64,000 nucleotides of DNA from Camelus dromedarius (lineage: Eukaryota): assembly GCF_036321535.1 (NCBI RefSeq), contig NC_087436.1:98024001-98088000 (forward strand), in the 5' to 3' direction. How positions within the stretch are numbered: position 1 is the first letter of the stretch; each line of letters begins with the position of its first letter. The position numbers and the translations under genes were made by a program. Of the stretch, positions 36,351-48,649 are shown one piece after another. Below the pieces are notes generated by a model. The model worked only from the letters and a program-made list of their open reading frames with translations, did no database searches and had not been told where the DNA came from.

Positions 36351-37359
36351 TTAAAAGATGGACAGTTTGGACATTGAAATGATAAACTGTTGGGGATTAA
36401 TGTTGCTCTAAAATCCTCCTAGCCCTGGTTAACACACTCTCACAGTGAAATCACAACTAGCTGGTAGTGGCATGAGCCCCCTTCAGCATTCAGTATTGCA
36501 TAAGGAAGAATTCCCTTCTCCTCCAGCCTGTCTGGAGCAGCCCTCTGATGCCCAAATCTGTCTCGTGGGTGAGGAAATTTCTGAAACACCTCTGCAGAAC
36601 TGTGGAAGGGCACCTCCCAGCACAAGACTGACTGTGGGATGTAGTTCTACATCCCTCCTACAGGACAAGTTTGATAAAGCCAAGTTAAGGAAAATAACCC
36701 TATTGTCCATGGAATGATCATCATTAAGAAACACCTGTCAGCCACTGGCAATGCTTGAGCCTTTACTGAAATGTAGATTTGAACAGGATATGTGCCAAGG
36801 CTTAATTATATGCTGTGATGAATGAAAATATGATTCTTACACACTATACAAAAATGATTTCTCATCTAGCCCAGACTCTTAGCTCCTGAAAGTCATCCAC
36901 TCATTCATTATTTTGTTCAGCAAACAGCTGAGATACCAAAAGAAAAAAGTCATTGTCTAAAAAGGCAGAGAAGGATTGACTCGTAGACTTGTAACCTAAG
37001 TACAAGACAATGTATAATGAAAGACAGAAGCTGCAGCAAGGAAAACAAAACAAAAACAAAGAGAAAAACTACAGACCTCACCAACCAGCCTCTATTTCAC
37101 AGGTTCTAAGATTTTGAATTTTATAATCCTGTATAAATATAGCAATAACAAAAAATTAGGGGTAGCCAACTGGGAAATTTTTTTAAATTACTCTCATAAT
37201 TTCTATCATTTTATAAGATGACTTTCCTGATGTTTTTTTTCCCTGTTAGGGAGACAACTTCCCCAGCCTGCTGGAGCCCCCAGACAGTGTATGTGAAGTC
37301 TTCTGGAAAGGTTAATCTAGAGAGTTGTACACAACATATCTGGGGAGAGTCTTCTCTTG

Positions 37360-37880
37360 CTCTTGTACCCATAAATCAATCATAAACAAACCCTGGCAGC
37401 TCTACTTTCATTATATGACCAGCTTCTAAACATGTCTCTCTACCTCCATTGCTTCCACCCTGGTCCAAGCCACCTTGTTCCTCTCTCTTCGGAAATCTTG
37501 CAGTTGCCTCTGAACCTGCCCTCCCTGTTTTGCTCCCTTCAGTCTATTCTCAGCACATCACTAGGAGAGATACCTGTTAAAAGTCAGATCGTGAGACTCC
37601 TCCACTCAAAACCCTCCAATCGCCTCTCATTACACTCAGATAGCATCTCAAGTCCTCACCATGAACTACATGGTCAACAAAATCCATCCCCACGGTCTCC
37701 TATCACAGTCTCCTCCCTCACTCTGCCTCAGACACAGTCTCCTTGTTTTATCAAACATGCTAAGCACATTCCAGCCCCAGGGCCTCTGCACGGCTGCTTA
37801 TTTTGCAGACATCCCGATGGTCATGTCTTCAGTTATTCCTGTGTTCAGCTCCAAAGTCACCCTATCGGGGAGGTCTCTTG
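37360..37880 (+). mobile_element. L2 LINE fragment
   Basis: ccaccctggtccaagccacc...ctcaaaaccctccaat...ccagccccagggcctctgcac. Confidence 0.8.
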
Positions 37881-38008
37881 TTTTTCTGAATCGCCGTGTG
37901 ACCCTAAAACAGTCAGTAAGGATTTGACCTCAACCCTATCACAATCAGAAATTCATGCTGGTTGTTGGTGTTCTGCCTCCTACTGGGAATCCTGAGAGAC
38001 TCGCATGT

Positions 38009-38190
38009 CAACACTTCTCAAACTTCAACGCGCCTATGAGCCAGAAAGACTGCTACTCTGTGCTTCTCATACTACTGCATGCAAATCCATCCGCAGATTC
38101 GCAGGTTTGAGACAGAGGCTGAGATTCGGGCTAACACATGCCCAGGCGACGCTGATGCTGCGTCCCCGAGCCCATACTTTAAGCAGCAGG
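38009..38190 (-). mobile_element. MER5A-like hAT-Charlie MITE
   Basis: cttctcaaacttcaacgcgc...cccaggcgacgctgatgctgc...cccatactttaagcagc matches the recalled MER5A antisense consensus. Confidence 0.65.
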
Positions 38191-38296
38191 GTCTGAATTT
38201 ACACGAGGAAACTCCATACCTCATCTCAGACACACAGGCTGACGCCCCCCCCCCCCCCCCCCCGTCTCTTCCCTACCTGTTCACAAGTTCCTCCGT

Positions 38297-38310
38297 CCGC
38301 CAGAGGGTGC
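38297..38310 (+). promoter_or_regulatory. CTCF-like motif
   Basis: CCGCCAGAGGGTGC versus consensus CC(A/G)C(C/T)AG(A/G)(G/T)GGCGC. Confidence 0.5.
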
Positions 38311-38454
38311 CGGCTCTTCCAGCCCCACAGATCTAACTGCACGACAGCTGAGTCGCCTGGGGCACGGGCCTGCGGGGCGAACTGGCTGGACTCAAACGTT
38401 TGCTCAGCGAACTGACCCGACAAGCCCCGCTGCCCTTTCCCGCGCACTCCCCCT

Positions 38455-38551
38455 ACACGCAGCACGCGCACACCACGGGCACGACGTGCATACACGCACC
38501 ACGCGCACGACGCGCACCAACACGCACACCACGCACGACACGCACCACGCA
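38455..38551. repeat. Degenerate CACGC/CAC tandem array
   Basis: CACGC at 38456, 38463, 38493, 38500, 38521, 38530, 38539 and 38546. Confidence 0.85.
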
Positions 38552-39089
38552 GGTTCACGGTAACCCTGCGATTGACGAGGCGGTCAGCACTCGGCGCAGA
38601 AAGGGGCCCGTGAGAGCTGAGAAAGCAGAGAAAACCGGAGAGCCGTGAGAGGAGATGAGGTTTGTGTACGTTTGTGTGCTGAGATCTGAAGCAGAGGAGG
38701 TTTGGGCAGGTGGAAAACGGGTGGCGTTTCTGAGGGGAAACAGGAAGCGAGAAGGAGCAGCGCACATTCAGGGGGCTGCGGGGTGGCGGAGCAGCTGGGG
38801 CCACTACGACCTGAATGATCAAACCCCAGCCTGGATACGTTTAAATTGTCTGTTAAAAAGTTACAAAATAATGTTTCAACAAAATACAATTTTAAGAAAA
38901 CATGTGAAAAAGGAGAAAGGGAAGGGAAAGCCCCTTCTTGTTCTTCTTTCAAGTCCACTCTCCAAAACGGCTGGAGAGGGGACTGCCCTTCCAGAGCTTT
39001 TAGTGGAATCCTCTCTGTATAAATTGTTTTCTACTCGGCTATTTCAACAGAATATACTGGCCCTGTTTATGGACCAATAGTTTCAATTC

Positions 39090-39450
39090 AATTTCGACAA
39101 CATTCTCAAAATAACAAAATTACAGATGATAGAGGTGGAAGACACATTAATGTGTGCCAAGGATTAGAGGTGGCGGAGAGGGTACGCAGGTGGGTGTGAC
39201 TATGACTACAGAGGTATTATAAGGGAGATTTGTTTATTTGGATCAAATAGTTTCGTATCTTGGATGCACTTAATTGTATGTAATGAATGTTGTGAAACTA
39301 TACACATATTGTGCCAACATCAAATTCCTATTAGTGCTTGTGTAATATGTCACCTCTGGGAGGACTGGGTGAAGAGTACGATGGGCCCCTCTGAACTATC
39401 TTTGCACATTCCTGTCAAACTGTAATTATTTCATAATAAAATAAACCTAA
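39090..39450 (+). mobile_element. L1MC/MD-like 3'UTR end
   Basis: aacattctcaaaataacaaaattacagatg...gggaggactgggtgaagagtac...tgtaattatttcataataaaa. Confidence 0.75.
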
Positions 39451-39549
39451 AAATTATAGATTTGAAAGTGAGAAAAGTACTATAGGATAGGTTCTCAGTC
39501 CTACTGAGCTCTTTACGGATCATTTATTAACTGAGCCATATAAGCCCCC

Positions 39550-40860
39550 TCTGGCTGGTGGACAGTGGTAAAATTCTGTTTCTGGGGATTTGTGTTAGCT
39601 CAGAGAACATTTCCAAAAAGCCTCCAAAATGTGCTTTACCCAGAGAACATTTTCTCTAATAAATGACTGCAAGTCTTATTGGTGAGGACTGCAAGGAAGA
39701 TGTACTTTTGGAGTTCTCTCAGGGTCCTTCCGAAATAGAACCCAGCCTCAGCTTCTTTCAAGGAATTCTGCATCTGTGAATTGACTAAGGGCTGAAAATT
39801 AGGTCAGTGCCATTTAAGGAGATTCAAGTTAATCTCCAGAATTAGAGGGCTTCCTCCTCCCCCCCCTTCCACAACTCCAGTTAAGTAAATCAAAGACGAT
39901 CTTAGTGAGACTCAGTGAGTCCTAGGCATAATGCCATCAGTTGGCCAGCAGCAAAGATTGACAAGTTGACATTCTGATTACAGATGCATATAGTTGGCTG
40001 TTGGAGTAACCAAGACAGCATTGCTTTAGCAATTTTGTGTTACTGCTTTGTTTCTGCCACTCCAGGAATTCATCAATCAAATCCAAATAGGGAATCTACT
40101 TCAGTGGTACCACTTCCTGTATAGCAAATAGAACAGCTTTGAGGAATTGCAGGGTTGAAATTCTACTCATCGATATATTTCTCAGTGCTTTGGAAAACAG
40201 AATGTTCTCTGGATTCTGAGGGGGTGAATATTATATCACATAGAATCTACCGACTCCAACATTTCAGTTCTCAAAGTGTTTGGATATCTTGTTGTATATC
40301 ATATCATGGAATTTCAACTTCATATAAGCAAACCACTAATAATTTCCAGATTAATCCAGTAAATGATCCAGCAGTTAAAATCACTACTAGTTTCTCAAGC
40401 TATGAGATTGATTCAGGTATTTCTTGTAGGTGTTCCACTTACATAAATTGGGCCTAATACACTATTATATTATTTTCTTCTCCATCTAGCTATCGCCAGA
40501 TCTCTTAACTCCTAGATTCCTGTCTTGAATATATGAGCCAAATCTTGCCATTGAGTTGGTGTCTAAGCCATTTTATACGAGTTTTGGCTTTGCAGTTTCT
40601 CCTTTGGAACATCTTGAATATGATATTTATTATAGATCTTGTGGCAATAAATGAAACTAAGAAAGGAATATGAGGGGAATTTGCATTTTCATCAACATCA
40701 TTACCTCATGTACAGTCATTATATTTGTTTGAAAAAAGGCAAAAGCAGCCTTATCTTATTTTGACAGAGGTTTTTGGTGAGGTTGGGAATCCTATCCATG
40801 TCCCTGGAATCCTATCAGATATTCTCTCTCCAATGTCACTATCCCACTCTCTCTTTATAA
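39550..40860 (-). mobile_element. Very old ERV-L gag remnant
   Basis: Minus strand gives WQDLAHIQ, EVEIP*YDIQQDIQTL*EL and PPQNPENILFSKALRNI, collinear with ERV-L Gag (ELEMPDLPWFNVEEGIQRLREI...EGPEDIPLTNAL). Confidence 0.6.
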
Positions 40861-40913
40861 ATGTCCTAATTTTAATGTATTTTAGAAGGCTATATGTATA
40901 TTCATTCTACACT

Positions 40914-41379
40914 TATTGTGGATTGAATTGCCTACCTCAGAAATAGATATTGAAGCCCTAACTCTCATTACCTCGGAATATGACCTTATTTGGAAATAGG
41001 TACTTTACAGAGGGAAGGAGATTAAAATGAGCTCATTAGGGTGGGTCCTAATTTAATTTGACTGATGTCCTAATAAAAAAGAGGGAAATTTGGATGCAGA
41101 GACAGGCATGCCACCAGTGATGGCATTGTGAAGACAGACGGGGAGGTCAGTCATGTGACTGGAGTGATGTGTCTATAAGCCAAGGAACACCAAGGATTGA
41201 TGTCAAGTAACAGAAACTACAAAAGGCAAGGGAGGATTCTGCTCTAGAGCTGTGTGAGAGAACATGACTCTGCCAATACCTTGATTTTGGGCTGCTGGCC
41301 TCCAGAACTGGGACGCAGTAATCTTCATTTGTACCCATGTTTTGGGACTTTGTTAAGACAGCCCTGAGAATCTAATCCA
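40914..41379 (+). mobile_element. MLT1B/C-like MaLR solo LTR
   Basis: gaatatgaccttatttggaaatagg...ctataagccaaggaacaccaaggattg...ctggcctccagaactg. Confidence 0.9.
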
Positions 41380-42154
41380 ATGCCATAATTCATCAAACTG
41401 AAAGGATAGACTTTATTTTTAAATTTATACCTGTATGAAACTTGCTGATAAAAAGATAAATGATTTTACTTTATTGGAAAAGAAAATCCCCGTGTCCTCA
41501 CTAGCCTTTGAGATGAGAATTTAAATCTTGAGCTGGTTACTGTCTTGGCAGCATAGTCAGAAACTGCCAGCCCTCCCTCCCTTTCTCAGCCCTCTGCCCT
41601 GTGTAAACATTGTCATGATCATCAATCATAATACATGTATTAAAGCTTAGCTCTCAATAGGCAATTCATTTCAGGCAACCATAGGTAATAATTAAAGTAA
41701 ATATTTTGCTACTGCTTGCCATGGATTATTAGTGTCTTATCTTTTTTGTGTTAATTGGCTCCTCTGTTCACTGACAATCTCAACCTTGTGAAATCACTAA
41801 TCCTAAATTTCCTTGAGAATGCCTTTTCTGCAAGCACCTTTGTAACCAGTTACTGTATTGGTTATGATTCCTAAGTTTCAGGCAATAATATGCTTGCACG
41901 CTCATTTATGAATAAAGGGTCATATTAAATAGTTTTTAGAATCTCCCAGATAGCCAATGTTTAAATACTGCATAGCTAAGATTTTATATATATAGTTTCT
42001 AGCTATATACATGTATATAATATATATAATTATATGCATAATAACAACTAAACACACTATAATGCTCTTCTAAAAATTCTTCTGAAAAATTCCATTGATG
42101 CGCCACCACTTCACTCATTCTCTGAGATTCTAGGGAGGCTAGGAAAGATAACAG

Positions 42155-42400
42155 AAGAGGTAGCATAGCCTGGTGGTTTAGAGCATGGACTCTGGAGCTT
42201 CCCTAGCTAAATTCACTTGTAGCCTTCACCTTTCATTAACCCTGTGACCTTGGCCTTGCTAGGAAGTCAGCTGTACTTCAGTTCCCTCCACCTATAAAAT
42301 GAGAATGGTAACGGTGCCTGTCTTCTAAAAACATCTGGAATTACTAAGCATTAGCTACATGCTTGTGAAATACGGGATAAATGAATAAATAGGGACCGGG
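42155..42400 (+). mobile_element. MIR SINE
   Basis: gcatagcctggtggtttagagcatggactctggag...ctgtgaccttgg...cttcagttccctccacctataaaatgagaatgg. Confidence 0.8.
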
Positions 42401-44699
42401 CACTATAATGTCTGCCTGATTTGTTCCAGATAAAACTGAACATCTCCAACCATGCTAGAAAGATAAATCAATTTATTGCAAACACTTTAAATTTTCTGCT
42501 TTTCAGTCTCATACGTATGTTCCTTCTTCTACACAGCTAGAATCCTGGCTGCAAACAAGTTTGAGAAATACTGTTTTTTAGACTTACAGTGTCCATACTG
42601 AAAGATCAGAATTTGGGAAAATTCACTCAAACATCATTGTAAACCAAAATCTTATTTCCAGCTGTGTAAGTGACATTCCCAAGATCAAATTCGAACTCTC
42701 TGCTAAATGCAGTAAGCACCAGCTCCATGAGCATGTGTGCAGTGATTCCCCCTGGGACATAAATTTCCTTGGCCATACAGCTGTTTCACAAATACCATGT
42801 CTGGGGAAGAATAAATTTGAAAAGATGGTTTTTTACATAATGTTCAGTCTGGCTAGCCTCTGGCGAGCTTGTGATTTTGGTACAAAATGGTTATTGATCT
42901 GGCTAAAAGTTTTTCTCTGGTTTCTCATGCTTTCTCCCCTATCTGCTATACACAAAAGTTGTCAGAATGTTTCAAGTGCTGAATTTTTTTCAATTATTGC
43001 TATTTTTATCTTTTGGGGCCTGTGGCCAGGGACAGTCAACCTGGTCTTAGCACATTTACAGCTAATGAAGCTTTCTCCTCAACCATGTTAACACTTGTTG
43101 GATTCATTCATTCATTTTACGGGAATACAGCATGAGTAGGAGGCTGTTTCATTAGCATTGAAATTATTCATTTATAGCTTTCATAATTTCCTCATTGCAG
43201 CAGTTTTCAGTGTAATTTTTGGCTACTTCATGATGAGAAAAAAACATATTTTCCATTACATTCCTGCAGCCCACCTTTTGCATAGTCACACTTGCTTAAA
43301 TGCTAGGTTTTCATGCTACACATGAGCTTGTTTCGTATCCAGAATGACTGGTGGTCTTAGATATATATTCACTTTTTTATTTGTCACAACTGGTCTTAGT
43401 TGTCAAATTCTTCTCCATTTGTGAAATCTTTTCAGTTATGACATTGTCACAATTTTCACTTTTCTAGCTTTGGACTGGTCTTCTGTTTTTAATTGTTTCC
43501 AGATCATTACTGTCTCTAATAAAATAGCAATAACTTATGCGTATGCTTTTTAAATTAAATATCATAGTAGTTTCTGACCTCATATTTTCAGAAAATTGCC
43601 TCAATTCAATGACACATTCAAGCTTCTATAATAATTTATATTTCTGCTCTACTATTAAAAAGAGATGCTTCTTTTTTTTTTCTTTTGCTGTGCTCTTTTG
43701 TTCATTTGACATTTTCACACAGTGTTGAAACCTAGGGTCTTGGCCTCTTGCACACATGCACACACGATGCAGTATTACCAAACAGCAGAGTTATATGCGA
43801 TTGACTGGTGGGACTATGAGATAAACTGATAGGCTCCCATGGATTTAAGTCAGGTGTAGCTGCCAAATAACTGTGGACAACAACCTCCAATGGTTTCAGT
43901 GATTTTTTTTTTTTTTTGATGTAAGACATACACATATAACCTTATGGACCTGTATTAATAAGTGAAATTGGCTGGTTTAATATATTATCAGATTTAGAAA
44001 TATAAAATTATTTGATTTTGTTGAAGTTTGTAAGTTAAAAATGCAATTTAATTAAAGTTTACTTTGGAAGCTGTACGATAAAAAAATTTATTTGTTACGC
44101 TGTTATTTGGAAACATCTGAGAGCTTTTGCCTTCATCAAAATGTCAATTACTATTCTTTTTCTGTATTACAATATTCAGTACAGAAATTACTTTTGAAGT
44201 CTGGGAGTGATATTTAATGTTATTTAAGTAGAAAGCAGAACTCAGCTGATCAAAATTATAGTTACCTCTAAACATTGATAGGACGTTTGAATTATTTTTT
44301 AATTTGTATCATAACTGCTCCAGAGGTGGTCACAGAATTCTGATACATCAAAAATATCATTTTAGTTTCAAGCTCCAAAAAACAGTCCAGTTAAATAATT
44401 CCCATTTGTAGACATGTTTCCCTCCCTCAGCAATAATTTATATTATTATTAATGTAAAGCATTGAGAAATAATTGAGAAAGCTGAACTGAACAATGGTTA
44501 ATTCATTTTTCTAAAACTTGACATAAAAAGAATTCTGGAATTTAATATTTCACCATGCAGTTTCACAATGTAGTAGGGGACATAACATCTCTGAAAATTA
44601 ATTTTAGCATAGGGAAATAAATCTGGTTTTTCCTTGAAAAATTAATAGTTTGGGGAGAGGATATTGCCAAGAGTGAGACATTAAATTATATATTCAATT

Positions 44700-45185
44700 T
44701 AATAAACTGCCTCCACCTTTGCTGATACTCATGTGCCATCTTTCCCTCTGACTTCTCTTCTCTCTATTCTCTCTCAGCCACACTAGATTATTTGCTGTGT
44801 TCAAACACATGAAGAATTCTCCCAACACAGTGCATTTATGTTTACTGTTTCTTTTTTTAAGCCTGGGCAGATCTCTTCCCAGATACTTATATTGATCACC
44901 TTCAGTTTCTTTTTTTTATAAATTTACCCATTAGAATGTCAACTAATCAGATATTTGTCTTGATCACCATAGACAAAATAAAACACTCAAATCATACTCA
45001 TTCAGTATCATTTCTGATAACTTGTTTGTTCATTAACTTGTCTCAGTCTCATCCTGCTCACATTTAGAATGTAGATGCATGAGATCAGTAAATGGCAATT
45101 TACTATCTGTGTATTTCTATGTTCCATGTCTTCTAGATACTTTAACATTAAAATAAGTTCTGTAGACATTTTTGAACATATTTTT
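44700..45185 (+). mobile_element. L2 LINE 3' end
   Basis: ctcagccacactagattatttgctgtgttcaaacac...tagaatgtagatgcatgagatcag. Confidence 0.7.
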
Positions 45186-48100
45186 GTATTTACATTTATG
45201 TTCTCAAAGCAAATAGGGAGATGTGAAAATGATAACAAGTGAAAGATTAGTGCAGTGAACTAATATCTATTTTACTAAAAATAAAAATGTCTGTAACACC
45301 TGCCATGTGGTAGGCACTATTAAAAATATTTAGGAATATTAATTTATTTACTCTTCATTTTGAGAAAAAGAAAAATAGCCCTTAACTTTCAGCAACTGCC
45401 TAGCAACAGCTTAGTCTCAGTGCTGTTAGCTGTGGTGTCAATGCATGAACTGTGGATAATGGTTTTTGGTACGGAACACTCCATGTTATCTCACTAGAGC
45501 CTATAAAGGTTAAGAAACTTTTTAAACTCTGTAACATTGCTGACTTTATGAATTGCATGCTAATATTTCTTTTCCAGGGGTTAAACTCGTTAATTTGACA
45601 TATCAATGGATATGTAGAAGTCTCCTGTTACATTTGACGAATGATAATAAACAACTGTCAAATCTCACTATAACCATTTCTTTATATTTTATTTTAAACT
45701 AAATTATTTATACAATTATAATTATGAGGAGTACTGTCCAGAGCAAGAAGGACTATAGATTACATGTCTTTATAAACTGGATTTCATCTGGTTATAGCTG
45801 AAAGTGAGGTACTACTTTATGTTTAAAACATGCTCTTCTCTATGTAAGTATTTTACCAACATATATTATAACTATTCTTTAGATGAATGTGGTTGTCAAT
45901 GTGTATATAAGGTGGTAGCTTAAGTGGATAGTTACTACAACCAAAGGAATCAAAGGATTGAATTATTCCTTTGGTAGAGATATGTGGATACAACTCCCTT
46001 GATAGAACTCCTTGCAGTTTTTATTAAGACTGATGGACAAAGACAAGAGAATACCCCAAATACTTGAGTAGTAAAAAAATTTTTAAATTCTTACAAAATA
46101 GCAAGGTAATTTAGTTGATCTCTAAACACTGATATGAAAAGTTGAGATATAAATACTTCACAATCTGTAGGGCTGTGTAAATAAAAACAAGTATTCTGTG
46201 ATATAACTTCTTGGACAATGTTGTACTTTAAATTAACATGCAGGCTTTTAAAAAATTTAAATACTGTTAAATAGACTACTTTCTATTCATGTAGAAAAGT
46301 TGACATTATTCAAATTTAACAGTTTTGCCCTAAATACCAAAGTAACTTTTCAAGTGTAAATTCTGTTTCATCCTAATGAGGTTTAGGATCAAATATCACT
46401 TCATAATAAAATTTCATGCTTTTATTCACAAATCCATTTGGTGACTTTTATAGGGAAGAAAAAAATTTAGTTCCTCTTCCCAGATGCTTTTAAAATGACT
46501 TTGGTTAACAAGAGCTGTTAAATCTTTCTATATTAAAGCTTTTTTCAGAGATTTAAGATTTCCATAAATAAATTCAGAAACAAACTCAAAGCAAAGTCAT
46601 TATTCTCATGTGAATAATTTATTTAAATTAATGTAATTATCACTTATTATATTCATATAAAATGGTAGGCACAATTATATGATTTTATTGTATAATGACA
46701 TTATCCATTCGACAAAATAACAAACTTTCAAGCCTTTAATGAAACTTCAAAACTTAAAAAAAGTATTCATTAAGTTGTATCCATATGTTAAGTTCACAGA
46801 TAGTCAATATTATTTCTCTAATGTTAAAATGACATTTAATCAGTTTGATACAGTCAAATAAAATAGGGATTTCTTTTGATATTTCTGAAACAGAACAAAA
46901 TGGCTTTGAAGTCTATTTTGGGGAAGTCCTGTAGCAATGATAAAAAATTGATGAGCTGATGGTAACACACTTAAATTTTATGTCAGAACAAAAGGTTTAT
47001 ATATAAAAAATAACAATAATGTAAAGTGACTGAAAGTTTTACTGTCAAGTATGTTAATTGTATATTCATGAAATTTATTTTGAAGTATTTGAAGCACTTC
47101 CCCACAATAATAAATAATTAAAAAAACTTTTTAAAAAGAAAGTGTTATGTTTTGCACTTATGCCATGTAGAAAACAAAACTTAGTATTAACACACGAAAT
47201 GCAAATTGTAAGTTTATAAAAAGATGTACTTGTATTTATGCAGTAATGTGTATCTTCTTTTCCTTAATTCAAGAGATGTTTTAGTGCCTTTACCTGATAC
47301 TTTGTAAAATGTGTAGCATAGAATAAATGCTGGTTAGTCATTTAGAACAGTTGTGAAAATAAAGCCATAAAGAAAATCTGTTTTTGAAAATATGCTAATT
47401 TTCTATTATACCCTATTTCCAAGATAATTTTTTATTTGAAAAAAGGTGTCATGGCAGTTTATCTGAAATCTCAGAGATAATGAAGACTCTCTTTTGTTCA
47501 CACTGTTTAATACAAGAATGATCCTTATTTGTCTAATCTGTCCCACTGATACAGTGTTAGGTGACCAAGCAATACTTGAACTTTCCCCAAATCAGGCTCA
47601 TGCATCCATGGGGGTGTGTCTCTACTTCTCAAGTTTACATTTACTTTATGGACCAAGTGCAACTAGCCAGGCCAGTAAGCTATTCTGAGTATAAATGAAG
47701 CAAAAGAACCATCACTTCTTCAACATTGCCTTTAACTTTACATACGCTTTTTTTTTTTTTTTTTTTTAAGTCTCTGGAAGTACTTTGTTGGGGGAGGGAG
47801 TGGCTGGGAGAGGCAATCAGGTTTAACAGTAACTACTTGGAAATCTGGATCCTTAGTTTGGATCTGATCAAATAATTTGGTATTGAAAAAAATGATATGA
47901 GTACTTTCAAAGAGATGACTTGCTTGTTTCCAAAAGTTTTCTACAAAATCTGATAAACTTTTGCCCTAACCTAGGTGTTAGCAAAAATAACTGCTGAAAA
48001 TGCTGTTAAAAAAAAAGAAAAAGGTATCTCTTCTACTTGATTTTCTGTTGCTTCATATTACTATGCTGTTTCCAAGAAACAGTTACCCTTGATGGCTCTC

Positions 48101-48649
48101 TAGACAACAGTTATCTTTTAAAAAGCTTACCAAATCTTCCCCCTTTTTTCCCCCTTTGTTGTTGCCTTATTTGTCCTCTTTATATGAGTATCATTTTGTG
48201 CATTACTATGTTTCTGGTTATTTATTTGTAGCTTTGTCTCTGAACCTTGATTTGAAAATACGTTCTTATGAATCTTTATATTTAGCATCCAGCGATGCAT
48301 TTAATTCACAGTGGTTTGGGGAAAAATGTCCATTGAATAAAATATGAGGGAATGGGTAAGTAAACCAATAAACATAGGACTCTTTGGGCCAATATCTTAA
48401 ACATTTAGTTTTTAGTTTTAAACAATCTTATTTCCCAGGCTCTACTTATCTCAGATTTACGCATTTTATTTTTTTCCTATTATGTTCCAAAACACTGTAG
48501 TATTTCTGGCCAATTTTGGATTATCTTATTTCCTATATATTTAGTTTCTGTATTTGTAAAGCCACTGTTGATATTAATTTATTAATTTTTTCAGGATTAT
48601 AAAATCTTTGATGATTTATTACAATTTTTAAAAATCCTTTCCAGTGCCT

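Larger units (their letters stand above)
38230..38820. promoter_or_regulatory. CpG island, candidate (bidirectional) promoter
   Basis: The only GC- and CpG-dense stretch in an otherwise CpG-depleted window; not recognisable as a repeat; splice donors point outward on both strands. Confidence 0.7.

Noticed and set aside
37432..37995. 187-aa ORF
   Set aside because: Lies within an L2 fragment; no host protein similarity evident
38455..38551. Repeat array considered as CRISPR-like
   Set aside because: No constant repeat with unique spacers, no cas genes, and the context is mammalian
38226..39080. Long ORFs (198, 141 and 124 aa) over the CpG island
   Set aside because: Stop-codon scarcity in GC-rich, repetitive DNA; no recognisable domain
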